From the sequence record SRR31156797_21105: a stretch of 43,000 nucleotides of DNA; one strand, given 5' to 3'. This document shows, piece after piece, positions 17,190 through 27,448 of this stretch. Each line of letters starts with the position of its first letter. Position 1 is the stretch's first letter. The notes under the pieces are model-generated. The model was given only the letters and a program-made list of their open reading frames with translations. It did not search any database and had not been told where the DNA came from. A program made the translations under genes and the position numbers.

Positions 17190-18035
17190 GTGAAACAATT
17201 AATAGTATTTTTGACTGACTTCACTTACAAAGAGGGTGCTATATGTGCAATGTATGGAGTAGTAAAAAGTGTAGATAGAGATTTAGATATAATAGATGGT
17301 ACCCATGAGCTGCCTCAGTATGATACTTGGAGTGCATCTTATAGAATATATCAATCTATGAAATTCTGGCCTAAAGGCACAGTTTTTGTTTTGGTTGTAG
17401 ACCCTGGTGTCGGAACACCAAGAAAAGCATCGGTTGCTAAAACTAAAGACGGTTATTATGTTGTGTCTCCGGATAATGGCTCATTAACTCATTTGAAACT
17501 TAAAGTAGGCATAGAAGAAATAAGAGAGATAGATGAGACTATAAACAGGCTTAAAGGTAAGGATACTGAGGAGGTTGCAATATTTCATGGACGTGACCTA
17601 TTTGGATATTGTGGTGCAAGGCTTGCTAGTGGTGTAATAACATTTGAACAAGTTGGACCATCTTATCCCGTTAAAGACATCATTGAACATGAGATTCTAG
17701 AGCCAATAGTAGAAGATGGCAAAGTGAAAGGGATAATAGAAATTCCGGATCCGAACTTTGGAAATTCATGGACCAATATTCCTCTTAGTGTATTTAAATC
17801 TGTAGGATTTGAGTACGGAGATATGCTGGATGTTGTGATAAAAAATAAAGATGAGGTTATATTTGAGGAGAAATTACTGTTCCATCAATCATTTGGATAT
17901 GCAGAAAAGGGACAGCCAATGATTTATAATAATGAGCTTATGCATATAGCTTTTGCAGTAAACCAGGGCAGCTTTTTTGGTAATTATAATATTGGGTATG
18001 GTGCTGATTGGACCGTTGAATTTTCAAAGAATTAA
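17190..18035 (+). CDS. DUF62 / SAM hydroxide adenosyltransferase (SAM hydrolase) family, paralog 1
   Basis: FLTDF, VVDPGVGTPR, PDNG, FHGRD, FGNSWTN and AVNQG motifs; AAGGAGG RBS, GTG start. Confidence 0.92.
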   Translation: MKQLIVFLTDFTYKEGAICAMYGVVKSVDRDLDIIDGTHELPQYDTWSASYRIYQSMKFWPKGTVFVLVVDPGVGTPRKASVAKTKDGYYVVSPDNGSLTHLKLKVGIEEIREIDETINRLKGKDTEEVAIFHGRDLFGYCGARLASGVITFEQVGPSYPVKDIIEHEILEPIVEDGKVKGIIEIPDPNFGNSWTNIPLSVFKSVGFEYGDMLDVVIKNKDEVIFEEKLLFHQSFGYAEKGQPMIYNNELMHIAFAVNQGSFFGNYNIGYGADWTVEFSKN

Positions 18036-18073
18036 CTTTTTGATTTTCATACAGTGATATAAGGAGAGATATA

Positions 18074-18919
18074 ATGAAAAAATTACTTGTTTTTCAATCT
18101 GATTTCGGATTAGTCGATGGTGCTGTTGCTGCCATGTACGGTGTTGCATTTGAAGTAGATGATACTATACGTGCTTTTAATTTGACTCATGACATACCGC
18201 AATACAACATTTTTGAGGCTTCATACAGACTATTTCAAGCTATAGAATATTGGCCTGAAGACACAGTATTTGTTTCTGTAGTTGACCCAGGAGTGGGGAC
18301 GAAGCGCAAAAGTGTCGTTGCTAAAACTGTAGATGGGAAATATGTTGTTACTCCAGATAATGGCACACTGACGCACTTAAAAAAATATGTAGGAATTTCT
18401 GAAATTCGTGAAATAGAAGAAAGCAAACACAGAAGAAAAAACACTCAGCATTCATATACATTCCATGGACGTGATGTATATGCTTATACCGGAGCCAAAC
18501 TGGCATCAAGAACAATCAAATTCGAAGATGTTGGAGAAGAGTTATCTGTAGAAAGAATTATCGAGTTGGAAACCGGCATAGTTGAAAAGAAAGAGAACAG
18601 TATAAAGGGCAGTATCGATATTTTGGATGTTCGCTTCGGATCGCTTTGGACAAATATATCAAGAGAAGACTTTTTGGATATTGGGTTTGAATTTGGTGAA
18701 AGTGTGGAAGTAATTATTAAGGACGGCCAAAGAATGGTTTATAATAATCGTGTAAAATTTGGCAGATCATTTGCGGATGTACACACTAGTGAGCAGATAG
18801 TTTATGTAAACTCATTATATAGAGTTGCTATTGCAATTAATCAAGGTAATTTTGCTAAGGCTTATAATATTGGCACAGGTACTCAATGGGCAGTAGAATT
18901 CAAAAAGCTAATAGACTAA
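18074..18919 (+). CDS. DUF62 / SAM hydroxide adenosyltransferase (SAM hydrolase) family, paralog 2
   Basis: QSDFGLVDG, VVDPGVGTKR, PDNG, TFHGRD, FGSLWTN and AINQG motifs; AAGGAG RBS. Confidence 0.93.
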   Translation: MKKLLVFQSDFGLVDGAVAAMYGVAFEVDDTIRAFNLTHDIPQYNIFEASYRLFQAIEYWPEDTVFVSVVDPGVGTKRKSVVAKTVDGKYVVTPDNGTLTHLKKYVGISEIREIEESKHRRKNTQHSYTFHGRDVYAYTGAKLASRTIKFEDVGEELSVERIIELETGIVEKKENSIKGSIDILDVRFGSLWTNISREDFLDIGFEFGESVEVIIKDGQRMVYNNRVKFGRSFADVHTSEQIVYVNSLYRVAIAINQGNFAKAYNIGTGTQWAVEFKKLID

Positions 18920-18941
18920 ATAAACTTAATATAAATGATTT

Positions 18942-18972
18942 AAGTTGCCATATAATATTTATGTGGCAACTT
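18942..18972. terminator. Stem-loop ending the ECF/DUF62 operon
   Basis: AAGTTGCCATATA / TATGTGGCAACTT inverted repeat. Confidence 0.7.
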
Positions 18973-19106
18973 GTACAAATCATGTGTATGATTCACAAAG
19001 GACATATTACTGTAGTATAATTATCGATTCTAAAGTGGAGTTTATTGACAAGATTATAAGTGAGGTTGTTTAAAGATAAGACATTTTTTAAGCAATTTTT
19101 AATCTA

Positions 19107-19939
19107 CTAGATTATTTGCACCAGAAACTGAGGCAAGGACGGCACATTCATTTTCAGATTTTGTGAAGCAATACTGCTGCATGATAACAAAATTTTGTTA
19201 AAATAATTGTAATGTTGTGTGAAAGCATACCTTATAGTATAGCTCTTATTCAGTCGTCTTTCAATGTATTCCATATCATAATAAGCAATACTTATTGTTT
19301 TTGATAAAGAAAATTGAGATGTATCTATTGCTCTAGAGTGTATTATATCTTTTTCTATATCGTTATATAGACTATTTAAGAAGAAAAATTTATCATCTTT
19401 AGTTAGTTTAACAATAAAATCCTGCACACTTTTATCATCCATATAGCTTTTTGGAATATCATCAAATAATCCATCTTCTACAAACAAGTCTAAACCATCT
19501 TTTGTAAAATAGTTTTTTATATATGATTTTTCATCAACTATACCTTTGTAAAAGGATTTGACTAATGTAATATATCTTTCTCGATCGGGGATATCGTTTA
19601 TCAATTTTTTCTCAATCAAGTCTTCTGTAAAATAAACTCCAAAACTTGACTGTGATTTAATTGAGGTGGATCTTTTTAAAGAAGTACATTTATCCATATG
19701 GGAATTCATTAACTCATAAGAATTACTGAATACTGTTAGTAATTTGCTGCAATGTTTTTTTGCTGTTCGAAGTTATGCTGATAAACTGTATAGTTCATTG
19801 TCGGCAAAAATAAATATTTTGTCAAAACCACTAGAAATCAGCACCAAGAAATTGTTTGTTAAAATATAATATGGCAGTGCAACCTCGTCTATTATTGTAG
19901 CATTAACTGTCCCATAATAATATTATGGAATATACTCAG
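19107..19939 (-). pseudogene. Degraded, 5'-truncated hypothetical gene
   Basis: The frame of ORF 19107-19709 continues upstream as protein-like sequence (..EYIP*YYYGTVNATIIDEVALPYYILTNNFLVLISSGFDKIFIFADNELYSLSA*LRTAKKHC..) with two in-frame TAA stops and no start or RBS. Confidence 0.55.
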
Positions 19940-19941
19940 AT

Positions 19942-21033
19942 GTAGGCGATGTGGAAACAATAAGCGTAACAGCGAGTGTAACTGACAGCGGAATACTTAG
20001 TTATCAATGGTACTCAAATACAACCGACAGTAATTCAGGTGGTACATTAAAAAGTGGTGCAACGTTAGCAAGTTATACAGTGCCAACAACAAATACTGGA
20101 ACAACTTATTATTATTGTATAATAACAAATACAAACAGTTCAGCAACTGGAAGCGCAACAACTGCAACAGCAAGCGATACAGCAACCGTATCAGTAATCG
20201 AATCAAGTATAAATGTAACAGATATAGAGTTTGCTAATATATATCAGCTAATGGAATTAACTACAAACGATTCATTAACTGGTGTCTGTCCCTATACAAT
20301 AACTCCTAGTGATGCAACTGATACTTCAGTAACATGGAGCAGCTCTAACCCTAATGTTGCCAGTATTAGCAGCAACAATATTACATCTTATGCAGTAGGG
20401 CGTACAACTATAGAAGTTATAGCCAATGACGCTGTTAACGGTACTATATCAGACACTATGGTGGTTGAGGTTAAAGATTCTGATGCATCTACAGCTGATA
20501 CCAAATATATATATTTAAATGGAATGATAGTGGATAGTAATGGAAATCCATTGGTAGACTATATTGTTACACTATATTCGGACCCTGTTACAACTACAAC
20601 TAATTCATCCGGTGAATTTAGTTTTACAGATACACCTCTTATGAACCATACTTTAGTTGTTAATAGGAGGACAGCAGTTGGTTTGGAGGAAGTGGGACGA
20701 TATGCACTGAATATTGACTTAGGAGACAGTTCCAGTGTTGTACCAAATAATCAAACAAAAGCGGCAGCTATAACATACACTAGAAATACTTTTAGTATAG
20801 ATTTGGAATTTAGTGTGAATATCGCTTTCAATGATATTGATATTGTCAGCGGAAATGTAATAAACAGAATTATATCTGATAATAATTCAAATGCGCAAAT
20901 ACCAAATCCTAAGACCAGTGACGATTCACAAAGTCCTCAGGACTGGTGGTGCCTGATTGGAATACTGCATATATCTGTAATAGTGATATATATAAAGAAA
21001 AGCGCTTGGTATGCAAAGAGATGGAATAAGTAA
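19942..21033 (+). pseudogene. 5'-truncated cell-surface protein: Ig-like (YQWY) domain, Big_2 domain, carboxypeptidase-regulatory-like domain, sortase-type tail
   Basis: Begins mid-domain (VGDVETISVTASV..LSYQWY..YYYCII) with no signal peptide or RBS; ITPSDATDTSVTWSSSNPNVA (Big_2); NPKTSD plus hydrophobic segment and basic tail. Confidence 0.7.
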
Positions 21034-21075
21034 AATTTACAGTGATTTTGAATAAACTATCAAAACCGTCTTTTC

Positions 21076-21097
21076 AAGGTGCTTTCGGGCACTTTTT
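21076..21097 (+). terminator. Rho-independent terminator
   Basis: AGGTGCT-TTCG-GGCACTT followed by T run. Confidence 0.7.
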
Positions 21098-21398
21098 GTT
21101 ATGTGTCAAATTTATTCCTGCTATTTTAGCTGATGGCTTAAAAAACATACGCATACAAATTAAACTAATCAGATTGTTATGTAAAGAATTATATTAATAA
21201 TTCAGAAATGATATATTAACACTAGACTAATTTAACTAAAATGCAAGCGAGTAAAATCTTAATGTACCTACTGTGCTATACGGAGTAAGGGTGAATTGTA
21301 TTCATTTTTGGATTTAAGTATAATTCTGTTATTTTTCGTTATTACTATGTTGAAATACTTACAGCTTTTATGTAAAGGTGGAATCGCTGATATTGAAA

Positions 21399-22472
21399 CT
21401 AATATTTTCTTGATGTAGATTTACGAATGCTGAGAGAAACATCAAGAATTTTATTTTCGATTTGTTTACCATTTAGCAAATCCATCATCATTTCAACAGC
21501 TGTTGCTCCTATCTTACTAGCGTCTTGATTAACAGATGTAAGTGTAGGCTGAACTATTTGAGCAATTGGACCATCATCATATCCGATTACAGATATTTCG
21601 TCTGGTACAGAAATTTTTTGTTCTTTTAGAAAGTTGATAGCTCCTGCAGCTACGCTGTCATTAAATGCTAGAATTGAATCAACTTCAATAGAGTTTGATA
21701 GAATTTTTTGGGTGGCATTATATCCGTCTATATAGGTATCGCAACTTGAGATAATACGGTTATAATCGATGTCAATATTTGCTTCTTCATGAGCTTTTAA
21801 ATATCCTTTTAATCTATCTATTGATGAATAATAACCTAGCATATTTCCGTTAATTAAGCGTAGAATTTCTTCAATTGGCATGGATTGTCCGTAAAAACCA
21901 CCTAAAAAAGCTATTTTTTTTCTTCCCAGATTAATAAGATACTTTGTTGCAATGTACCCGCCTTTAATATTATTGGCATTTATATGAGGAACGTTATTGT
22001 AAATATTTTGACGGTATGCAACGACTATTGGAATAGAACCAAATGCTTTCAAACTTGGATAACCGGAACTTTGAGATATTGGAGTAAAGATTAAGCCGTC
22101 AATAACAGAAGTGGAAAAAATCTGAAGTGTATTTTTTTGATCGTCCGGGCAACTATTTGTTGAAGAGACAAGAATATTATAGTTGTATTTCTGTGCTTTT
22201 GATATAGCGCCTGCAATCATATGGTTGAAATAAGTCATAGTAATGTCAGGTACTATAAATCCAATAACATTTGATTTTAGCCCTTTCATGCTCCGAGCTG
22301 CTACACTTGGCTTATAACCAAGCTTTTCCACTGCATCCCATACTTTCTTAAAAAGCTCTGGTGCTACAGATTTATTGTTATTGAGAACTCTTGAAACTGT
22401 TGCGATAGAAACACCGGCTTCGTTTGCAACGTTTTTTATAGTAGGTTGTGAACTTTCTTTCATAAGATGCAT
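21399..22472 (-). CDS. LacI-family transcriptional regulator (start possibly 22463)
   Basis: TIKNVANEAGVSIATVSRVLN HTH; LGYKPSVAARSM; VPDEISVIGYDD; PTLTSV. Confidence 0.96.
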   Translation of the reverse strand: MHLMKESSQPTIKNVANEAGVSIATVSRVLNNNKSVAPELFKKVWDAVEKLGYKPSVAARSMKGLKSNVIGFIVPDITMTYFNHMIAGAISKAQKYNYNILVSSTNSCPDDQKNTLQIFSTSVIDGLIFTPISQSSGYPSLKAFGSIPIVVAYRQNIYNNVPHINANNIKGGYIATKYLINLGRKKIAFLGGFYGQSMPIEEILRLINGNMLGYYSSIDRLKGYLKAHEEANIDIDYNRIISSCDTYIDGYNATQKILSNSIEVDSILAFNDSVAAGAINFLKEQKISVPDEISVIGYDDGPIAQIVQPTLTSVNQDASKIGATAVEMMMDLLNGKQIENKILDVSLSIRKSTSRKY

Positions 22473-22538
22473 CCTGTATATATTTCGTGTAAACGATTTA
22501 TTGTATTATGTGTGTATCTAGTAGTACACATTGGCAAC

Positions 22539-22567
22539 ATTATAACAATAAATGTCACTTAAGTCAA
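22539..22567 (-). promoter_or_regulatory. Sigma-A promoter of the LacI gene
   Basis: TTGACT-17 bp-TATAAT with TGn on the minus strand. Confidence 0.75.
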
Positions 22568-22691
22568 AAGTGAAGTAATATTTTACTAGTAAATAGTGAA
22601 AATGAAACTGGCGAGTAAACGATATCATAGACGAAAATGGATAATATATCTAAAATATGTGCAATTAATTTAGTATAAACGACAAAATTAC

Positions 22692-22720
22692 TTGCATATA
22701 GCAAAAATGCATGCTATAAT
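22692..22720 (+). promoter_or_regulatory. Sigma-A promoter of the Opp/Dpp operon
   Basis: TTGCAT-17 bp-TATAAT with TGn. Confidence 0.75.
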
Positions 22721-22742
22721 ACGGGAAAAGCAGAACGATACG

Positions 22743-22756
22743 AGAAAACGTTTTAT
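22743..22756. promoter_or_regulatory. Putative LacI operator
   Basis: AGAAAACGTTTTAT, a CG-centred palindrome just downstream of the promoter; related sites at 22488-22501 and 22614-22627. Confidence 0.6.
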
Positions 22757-22886
22757 AACCAAGATTGGTTATAAGTTAAATTTTTTGTAATTTCCCTTAA
22801 TGGGATAGCGTATCTGCTTTATTATAAGTAGTGCGTATAATTTATTGCATAATGAACTTAAATAGTATAAGAAAAGGAGAAGAAAA

Positions 22887-24449
22887 ATGAAACATAATAT
22901 CAAAACAACACTGACGATTCTGTTAGTTGTTTGTATGCTGTTTAGTATGACAGCCTGCAACGGTAACAGTACATCCCCTGAAACTACCACTTCTGCTGAA
23001 GATGATAACCAAAGTGGTACACAGACAACTAAATCTGATTTGGTTATAGCCATCCCAGGTGAACCTAGCACGCTGGATCCGTATGCTCACTCTGTGTATT
23101 CAGCATTCATTCCTGTGACGCTTATCTTCGATACCTTGATTAAAAAGGATGAAAATGGAGAATTCCAGAGCAGTCTTGCAGAATCATGGGAGTTTACAGA
23201 TGAGACGACTGTTATATTTAACCTACGTGACGATGTCACATTCAGTAATGGTAACAAGTTTACGGCTGAAGACGTAAAATACACTCTTCAGGTAGCTAGT
23301 GAGAGTACTTTCTCTGGCAGCCTTTATGATTGCATTGATGTAGAAAATACTACAGTTGTTAGCGATTATGTAATTGAAGTTAAGCTTAAGTATGCATATG
23401 CTCCTCTTATGGATTTGCTTGCTTCTTTCCGTGGGGGTATTTTGGATCACATTTCTTATGAAGCGGATCCTGATGCTTATGGACATAACCCTGTCGGTAC
23501 TGGCCCTATGAAGTTAACCAACTGGGTTTCCGGCGATCGCTTTGAGCTTGAAGCCAATGAGAACTACTGGGGCGAAGCAACTGCGTTTAACAAATGTACA
23601 TTCCGTGTAATTGTAGAAGCTTCATCTCGTACAATTGAATTGGAAACAGGTGGCGTAGATATTGCAGTAGAGATACCGTTTTCAGATTGGTCTCGCCTCG
23701 AGGATGATTCGAATTTGGAGCTAGTGTCAGGACAAACAAATCTGCTATCATCTCTAGCATTTAACATGTCTATTGAACTATTCCAGGACGAACGAGTTCG
23801 TAAAGCACTGGCTTATGGATTAAATCTTGACGCATTGGTTCAAACTGTTTGGGAAGGCACTGCTGATGTTGCTGATAGCTTCTATGCTAAAAACCTGCTT
23901 GGCTATAAAACCGAGGGACCTATGGAATATGACGTAGAAAAAGCTAAGCAACTTCTGGCAGAAGCGGGATATCCAGATGGTTTTGATTTGGAATATACCA
24001 CATATCAGACTGCACTCAATCAGTCATTTGCAGAAGTTTTACAGAGTATGTGGAGCCAGATTGGTATAAATGTAAAAATTAATATAGTTGATCTTGCTAC
24101 TTTTATATCCATGAATAACAGTGGCGAATTGACTGTATCAAAGCTGACACCTTCCGTCGCAATTGCTGATCCTGCTGCTGCGTTGCTTCTGTGGCCAGTT
24201 GAGCGTACAATCTCTTTGCGTCACAACGATCAGAATATACAGGATTTTCTTGACGCTGGTTCATCAACATATGATACTGAAGAGCGTGTGAAAATATATA
24301 ATCAATTACAGGATTATTTGTATGAGAAAACATACACTGTACCGGTTGCTTACACGAAGTTCGCATTTGGCGCACAAAGCTATGTACAGGGATTTCCTTT
24401 TGAGCCAAGTCAAGTTCCAGATCTTACAAGCGTTTATTTTAGTGAGTAA
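22887..24449 (+). CDS. Family-5 (Opp/Dpp/Nik) ABC substrate-binding lipoprotein
   Basis: Lipobox SMTAC; LAESWE, LRDDVTFSNGNKFTAEDVKYT, PVGTGP and YDVEKAKQLLAEAGYPDG. Confidence 0.95.
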   Translation: MKHNIKTTLTILLVVCMLFSMTACNGNSTSPETTTSAEDDNQSGTQTTKSDLVIAIPGEPSTLDPYAHSVYSAFIPVTLIFDTLIKKDENGEFQSSLAESWEFTDETTVIFNLRDDVTFSNGNKFTAEDVKYTLQVASESTFSGSLYDCIDVENTTVVSDYVIEVKLKYAYAPLMDLLASFRGGILDHISYEADPDAYGHNPVGTGPMKLTNWVSGDRFELEANENYWGEATAFNKCTFRVIVEASSRTIELETGGVDIAVEIPFSDWSRLEDDSNLELVSGQTNLLSSLAFNMSIELFQDERVRKALAYGLNLDALVQTVWEGTADVADSFYAKNLLGYKTEGPMEYDVEKAKQLLAEAGYPDGFDLEYTTYQTALNQSFAEVLQSMWSQIGINVKINIVDLATFISMNNSGELTVSKLTPSVAIADPAAALLLWPVERTISLRHNDQNIQDFLDAGSSTYDTEERVKIYNQLQDYLYEKTYTVPVAYTKFAFGAQSYVQGFPFEPSQVPDLTSVYFSE

Positions 24450-24475
24450 CTTAATGACTTTACAATAATTCTAAC

Positions 24476-24519
24476 GGGATGCGGTTAATTTATACCGACA
24501 CCGTATCCCATAATTTTTT
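24476..24519 (+). terminator. Intercistronic stem-loop after the binding-protein gene (attenuator or mRNA stabiliser)
   Basis: GGGATGCGGT / ACCGTATCCC stem followed by a T run. Confidence 0.6.
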
Positions 24520-24567
24520 GTGGGGATATAAAAGTAATCTCCTCAATGCAGTAAGGAGCAAACAGCA

Positions 24568-25557
24568 ATGCTGAAATTTATTATAAAACGTATAATAATC
24601 ATGGTTCCCGTATTGCTTGGTGTTACGTTCATCATTTTTACTATGATGTACTTTACACCTGGTGATCCAGCTCGAATGTTGCTGGGTGATATGGCAACCG
24701 ATGAAGAAGTGGAAATAAAACGTGACGAGATGGGCCTGAATGATTCTTTTCTTGAACGCTATCTTTCCTATCTTGGCAATCTGGTTCAGGGGGATTTAGG
24801 TACATCCTATTCAACTAAGCAACCAGTTACCACTGAGATTGCAAATCGTTTGCCGGCTACAGTTAAACTAGCTGTTTTTAGCAGTTTGTTTGCTGTTGTA
24901 GTAGGTGTATCGATAGGTATTATATCTGCGGTTAAGCAATATTCACTGATTGATAACGTTTCGAGAATACTTGCACTGGTAGGTGTTACGCTGCCGAATT
25001 TCTGGCTAGCGTTACTACTGGTACTTATGTTTTCAGTAAATCTTGATTGGCTGCCTGCATCGGGTCTGTACGGTCCAAAATATTATATCATGCCAGTTAT
25101 TAGTATAAGTGCAGTTTCTCTTGCAACGTTTGCCCGTATGACACGATCCTCAATGCTAGAAGTTATTCGTCAGGATTTTATTCGTACTGCATTCGCTAAA
25201 GGACAAAAAGGAAACGTTATTATATTTAAACATGCATTACGCAACGCTCTTATTCCTATTATTACTGTTGTGGGAATTCAGTTTGCTACAGCACTGGGTG
25301 GGGCGGTTGTTAATGAGCAGGTCTTTGCTATACCAGGACTAGGAAAGCTAATGGTGGATGCTATCAAAGCACGTGATTATCCCATTGTACAGGGAGGAGT
25401 ATTGGTGATTGCGATGATGTTTAGCATTTTGAATCTTGGGATAGACCTTCTTTATGCATTTGTTGATCCGAGAATTAAATCACAGTATATAAAAACTAAA
25501 ACAAGAAAGTCAAGAGATACGAGTGATAGTGATACACAGAAGGCGGTGGAAGCATGA
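24568..25557 (+). CDS. Opp/Dpp ABC permease (DppB-like)
   Basis: PGDPA, GDLGTSY, RSSMLEVIRQDFIRTAFAKG, RDYPIVQG, DPRI. Confidence 0.95.
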   Translation: MLKFIIKRIIIMVPVLLGVTFIIFTMMYFTPGDPARMLLGDMATDEEVEIKRDEMGLNDSFLERYLSYLGNLVQGDLGTSYSTKQPVTTEIANRLPATVKLAVFSSLFAVVVGVSIGIISAVKQYSLIDNVSRILALVGVTLPNFWLALLLVLMFSVNLDWLPASGLYGPKYYIMPVISISAVSLATFARMTRSSMLEVIRQDFIRTAFAKGQKGNVIIFKHALRNALIPIITVVGIQFATALGGAVVNEQVFAIPGLGKLMVDAIKARDYPIVQGGVLVIAMMFSILNLGIDLLYAFVDPRIKSQYIKTKTRKSRDTSDSDTQKAVEA

Positions 25558-26438
25558 AATCTGCAGCAAAGGACAAGGAAACAAAGGTAATTAAAAAGCG
25601 AAGCCAAGGGATGGAAATATGGAAAAGGCTTAGGAGAAACAGGCTTGCAGTCATAGGTATGATTATTCTTTTGATGATTGTGCTACTAGCCATTTTTGCT
25701 GAGCAGATAGCTCCGTATCCTTATGATTTGCAGGATTATAGTGCCACGTTTCAAAGACCGTCGGCTCAGCATTTGTTCGGCACGGACAATTATGGTCGTG
25801 ACATTTTTAGTCGTGTGATTTTTGGTACACGTACCTCTTTGCAAATTGGGTTTATTTCACTGGGCGTTGGTGCGCTGGCTGGCTGTATAATTGGTGCGAT
25901 TGCTGGTTATTTTGGAGGTGTAGTGGATAGTGTTATTATGCGCTTTACTGATATTCTAATGGCTATACCGAGAATTGTGCTTGCTATAGCAATAGCAACG
26001 ACACTTGGATCAGGGCTTACGAATGCTGTAATTGCAGTTGCTATTAGTTCGATTCCCAATTTCGCTCGTGTTGTACGTGCGTCTACATTGACTGTGAAAG
26101 ATCAGGAATTTGTAGAGGCTGCACGCTGTATAGGAGCTAAGAGTCCGCATATAATTATGCGTCACATTCTTCCGAATGTTCTATCGCCAATAATTGTACA
26201 GGCTACTATTGGTGTGGGTACTGCTATTATACTTGCTGCTGCACTAAGCTTTCTCGGTTTAGGTGTACAGCCACCAACACCTGAGTGGGGTTCTATGCTA
26301 TCTGCAGCTCGTACATACATGCGTGACAATCAGTATATGGTTGCATTCCCAGGACTTGCAATTATGGTTACTGTACTTGCACTGAATCTTTTCGGTGATG
26401 GGTTACGTGACGCCCTTGATCCAAAGCTCAAGAAGTGA
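25554..26438 (+). CDS. Opp/Dpp ABC permease (DppC-like)
   Basis: HLFGTDNYGRDIFSR, EFVEAARCIGA, LSFLGLGVQPPTPEWG, GDGLRDALDP. Confidence 0.95.
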   Translation: MKSAAKDKETKVIKKRSQGMEIWKRLRRNRLAVIGMIILLMIVLLAIFAEQIAPYPYDLQDYSATFQRPSAQHLFGTDNYGRDIFSRVIFGTRTSLQIGFISLGVGALAGCIIGAIAGYFGGVVDSVIMRFTDILMAIPRIVLAIAIATTLGSGLTNAVIAVAISSIPNFARVVRASTLTVKDQEFVEAARCIGAKSPHIIMRHILPNVLSPIIVQATIGVGTAIILAAALSFLGLGVQPPTPEWGSMLSAARTYMRDNQYMVAFPGLAIMVTVLALNLFGDGLRDALDPKLKK

Positions 26439-26450
26439 GGAAGATATACT

Positions 26451-27437
26451 ATGGGAAATAAGATATTAGAGATTTGTAACTTAATAATTCACTATGACAC
26501 TGATGAAGGTGTAGTTCAGGCAGTTAATGGCATTGACCTCTCTATTGATGTAGGTAAAACTGTTGGACTAGTCGGCGAGACTGGTGCAGGAAAAACCACA
26601 ACTGCTCTAGGTATTATGCGTTTGATTCCGAATCCGCCCGGTAAGATTATTGATGGAGAAATCTTATTTAACGATAAGGATTTAATTAAAGAAAAAGAAG
26701 ATAAAATGCGTAAACATCGGGGTAAGGACATTTCCATGATTTTTCAGGATCCGATGACTTCACTCAATCCAGTCATTACAGTTGGTGAGCAGATAGCGGA
26801 AGTGATTCGCCTTCATGAGAAAGTGTCACGTGCAGAAGCGGTCAAAAAGGCAGCTGATATGCTCGCTATAGTAGGAATTTCTCCTGAGCGGATGTTAGAG
26901 TATCCGCACCAGTTTTCGGGAGGAATGAAACAGCGTGTAGTTATTGCGATGGCACTTGCGTGCAGACCAAAGTTGATAATTGCTGATGAACCTACAACGG
27001 CATTGGATGTTACTATTCAAGCTCAGGTGCTTGAGCTGATGTCTGAATTACGTAAAAAATTCAACACATCTATGCTGCTAATCACGCATGATCTCGGCGT
27101 TGTAGCTGAAATTTGTGATAATGTCGCTATTATGTATGCAGGGCAGATTGTTGAAAGTGGCGCTATTGAGCAAATATATGAAAATACAAAGCATCCTTAC
27201 ACTAAGGGGCTATTCGGATCGTTACCCAGTCTTAGTACGAAAGTACATAGACTAAGTCCTATTAAGGGATTAATGCCTGATCCAACTGAAATTCCAAGTG
27301 GTTGCCCTTTTCACCCACGTTGTCCAGAGTGCATGGAGATATGTAAATCAAGAATACCGGTGAAAACAGAATTAGAAACGGGTCATTTTGTAAGATGTTT
27401 ATTATATGAAGACGGCGTTCCAGTGCGGACGCAGTAA
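26451..27437 (+). CDS. Opp/Dpp ABC ATPase (DppD-like)
   Basis: [30 protein letters not shown] and C-terminal GCPFHPRC. Confidence 0.95.
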   Translation: MGNKILEICNLIIHYDTDEGVVQAVNGIDLSIDVGKTVGLVGETGAGKTTTALGIMRLIPNPPGKIIDGEILFNDKDLIKEKEDKMRKHRGKDISMIFQDPMTSLNPVITVGEQIAEVIRLHEKVSRAEAVKKAADMLAIVGISPERMLEYPHQFSGGMKQRVVIAMALACRPKLIIADEPTTALDVTIQAQVLELMSELRKKFNTSMLLITHDLGVVAEICDNVAIMYAGQIVESGAIEQIYENTKHPYTKGLFGSLPSLSTKVHRLSPIKGLMPDPTEIPSGCPFHPRCPECMEICKSRIPVKTELETGHFVRCLLYEDGVPVRTQ

Positions 27438-27448
27438 CGGAGGATACT

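Noticed and set aside
17190-18919. Possible fluorinase/chlorinase genes
   Set aside because: Both retain the Asp/Arg/His hydrolase residues, and there is no halometabolite biosynthetic context.
22830-22860. GTGCGTATAAT.. resembling the XerC arm of a dif site
   Set aside because: No matching TTATGTTAAAT-like XerD arm at the 6-bp spacing.
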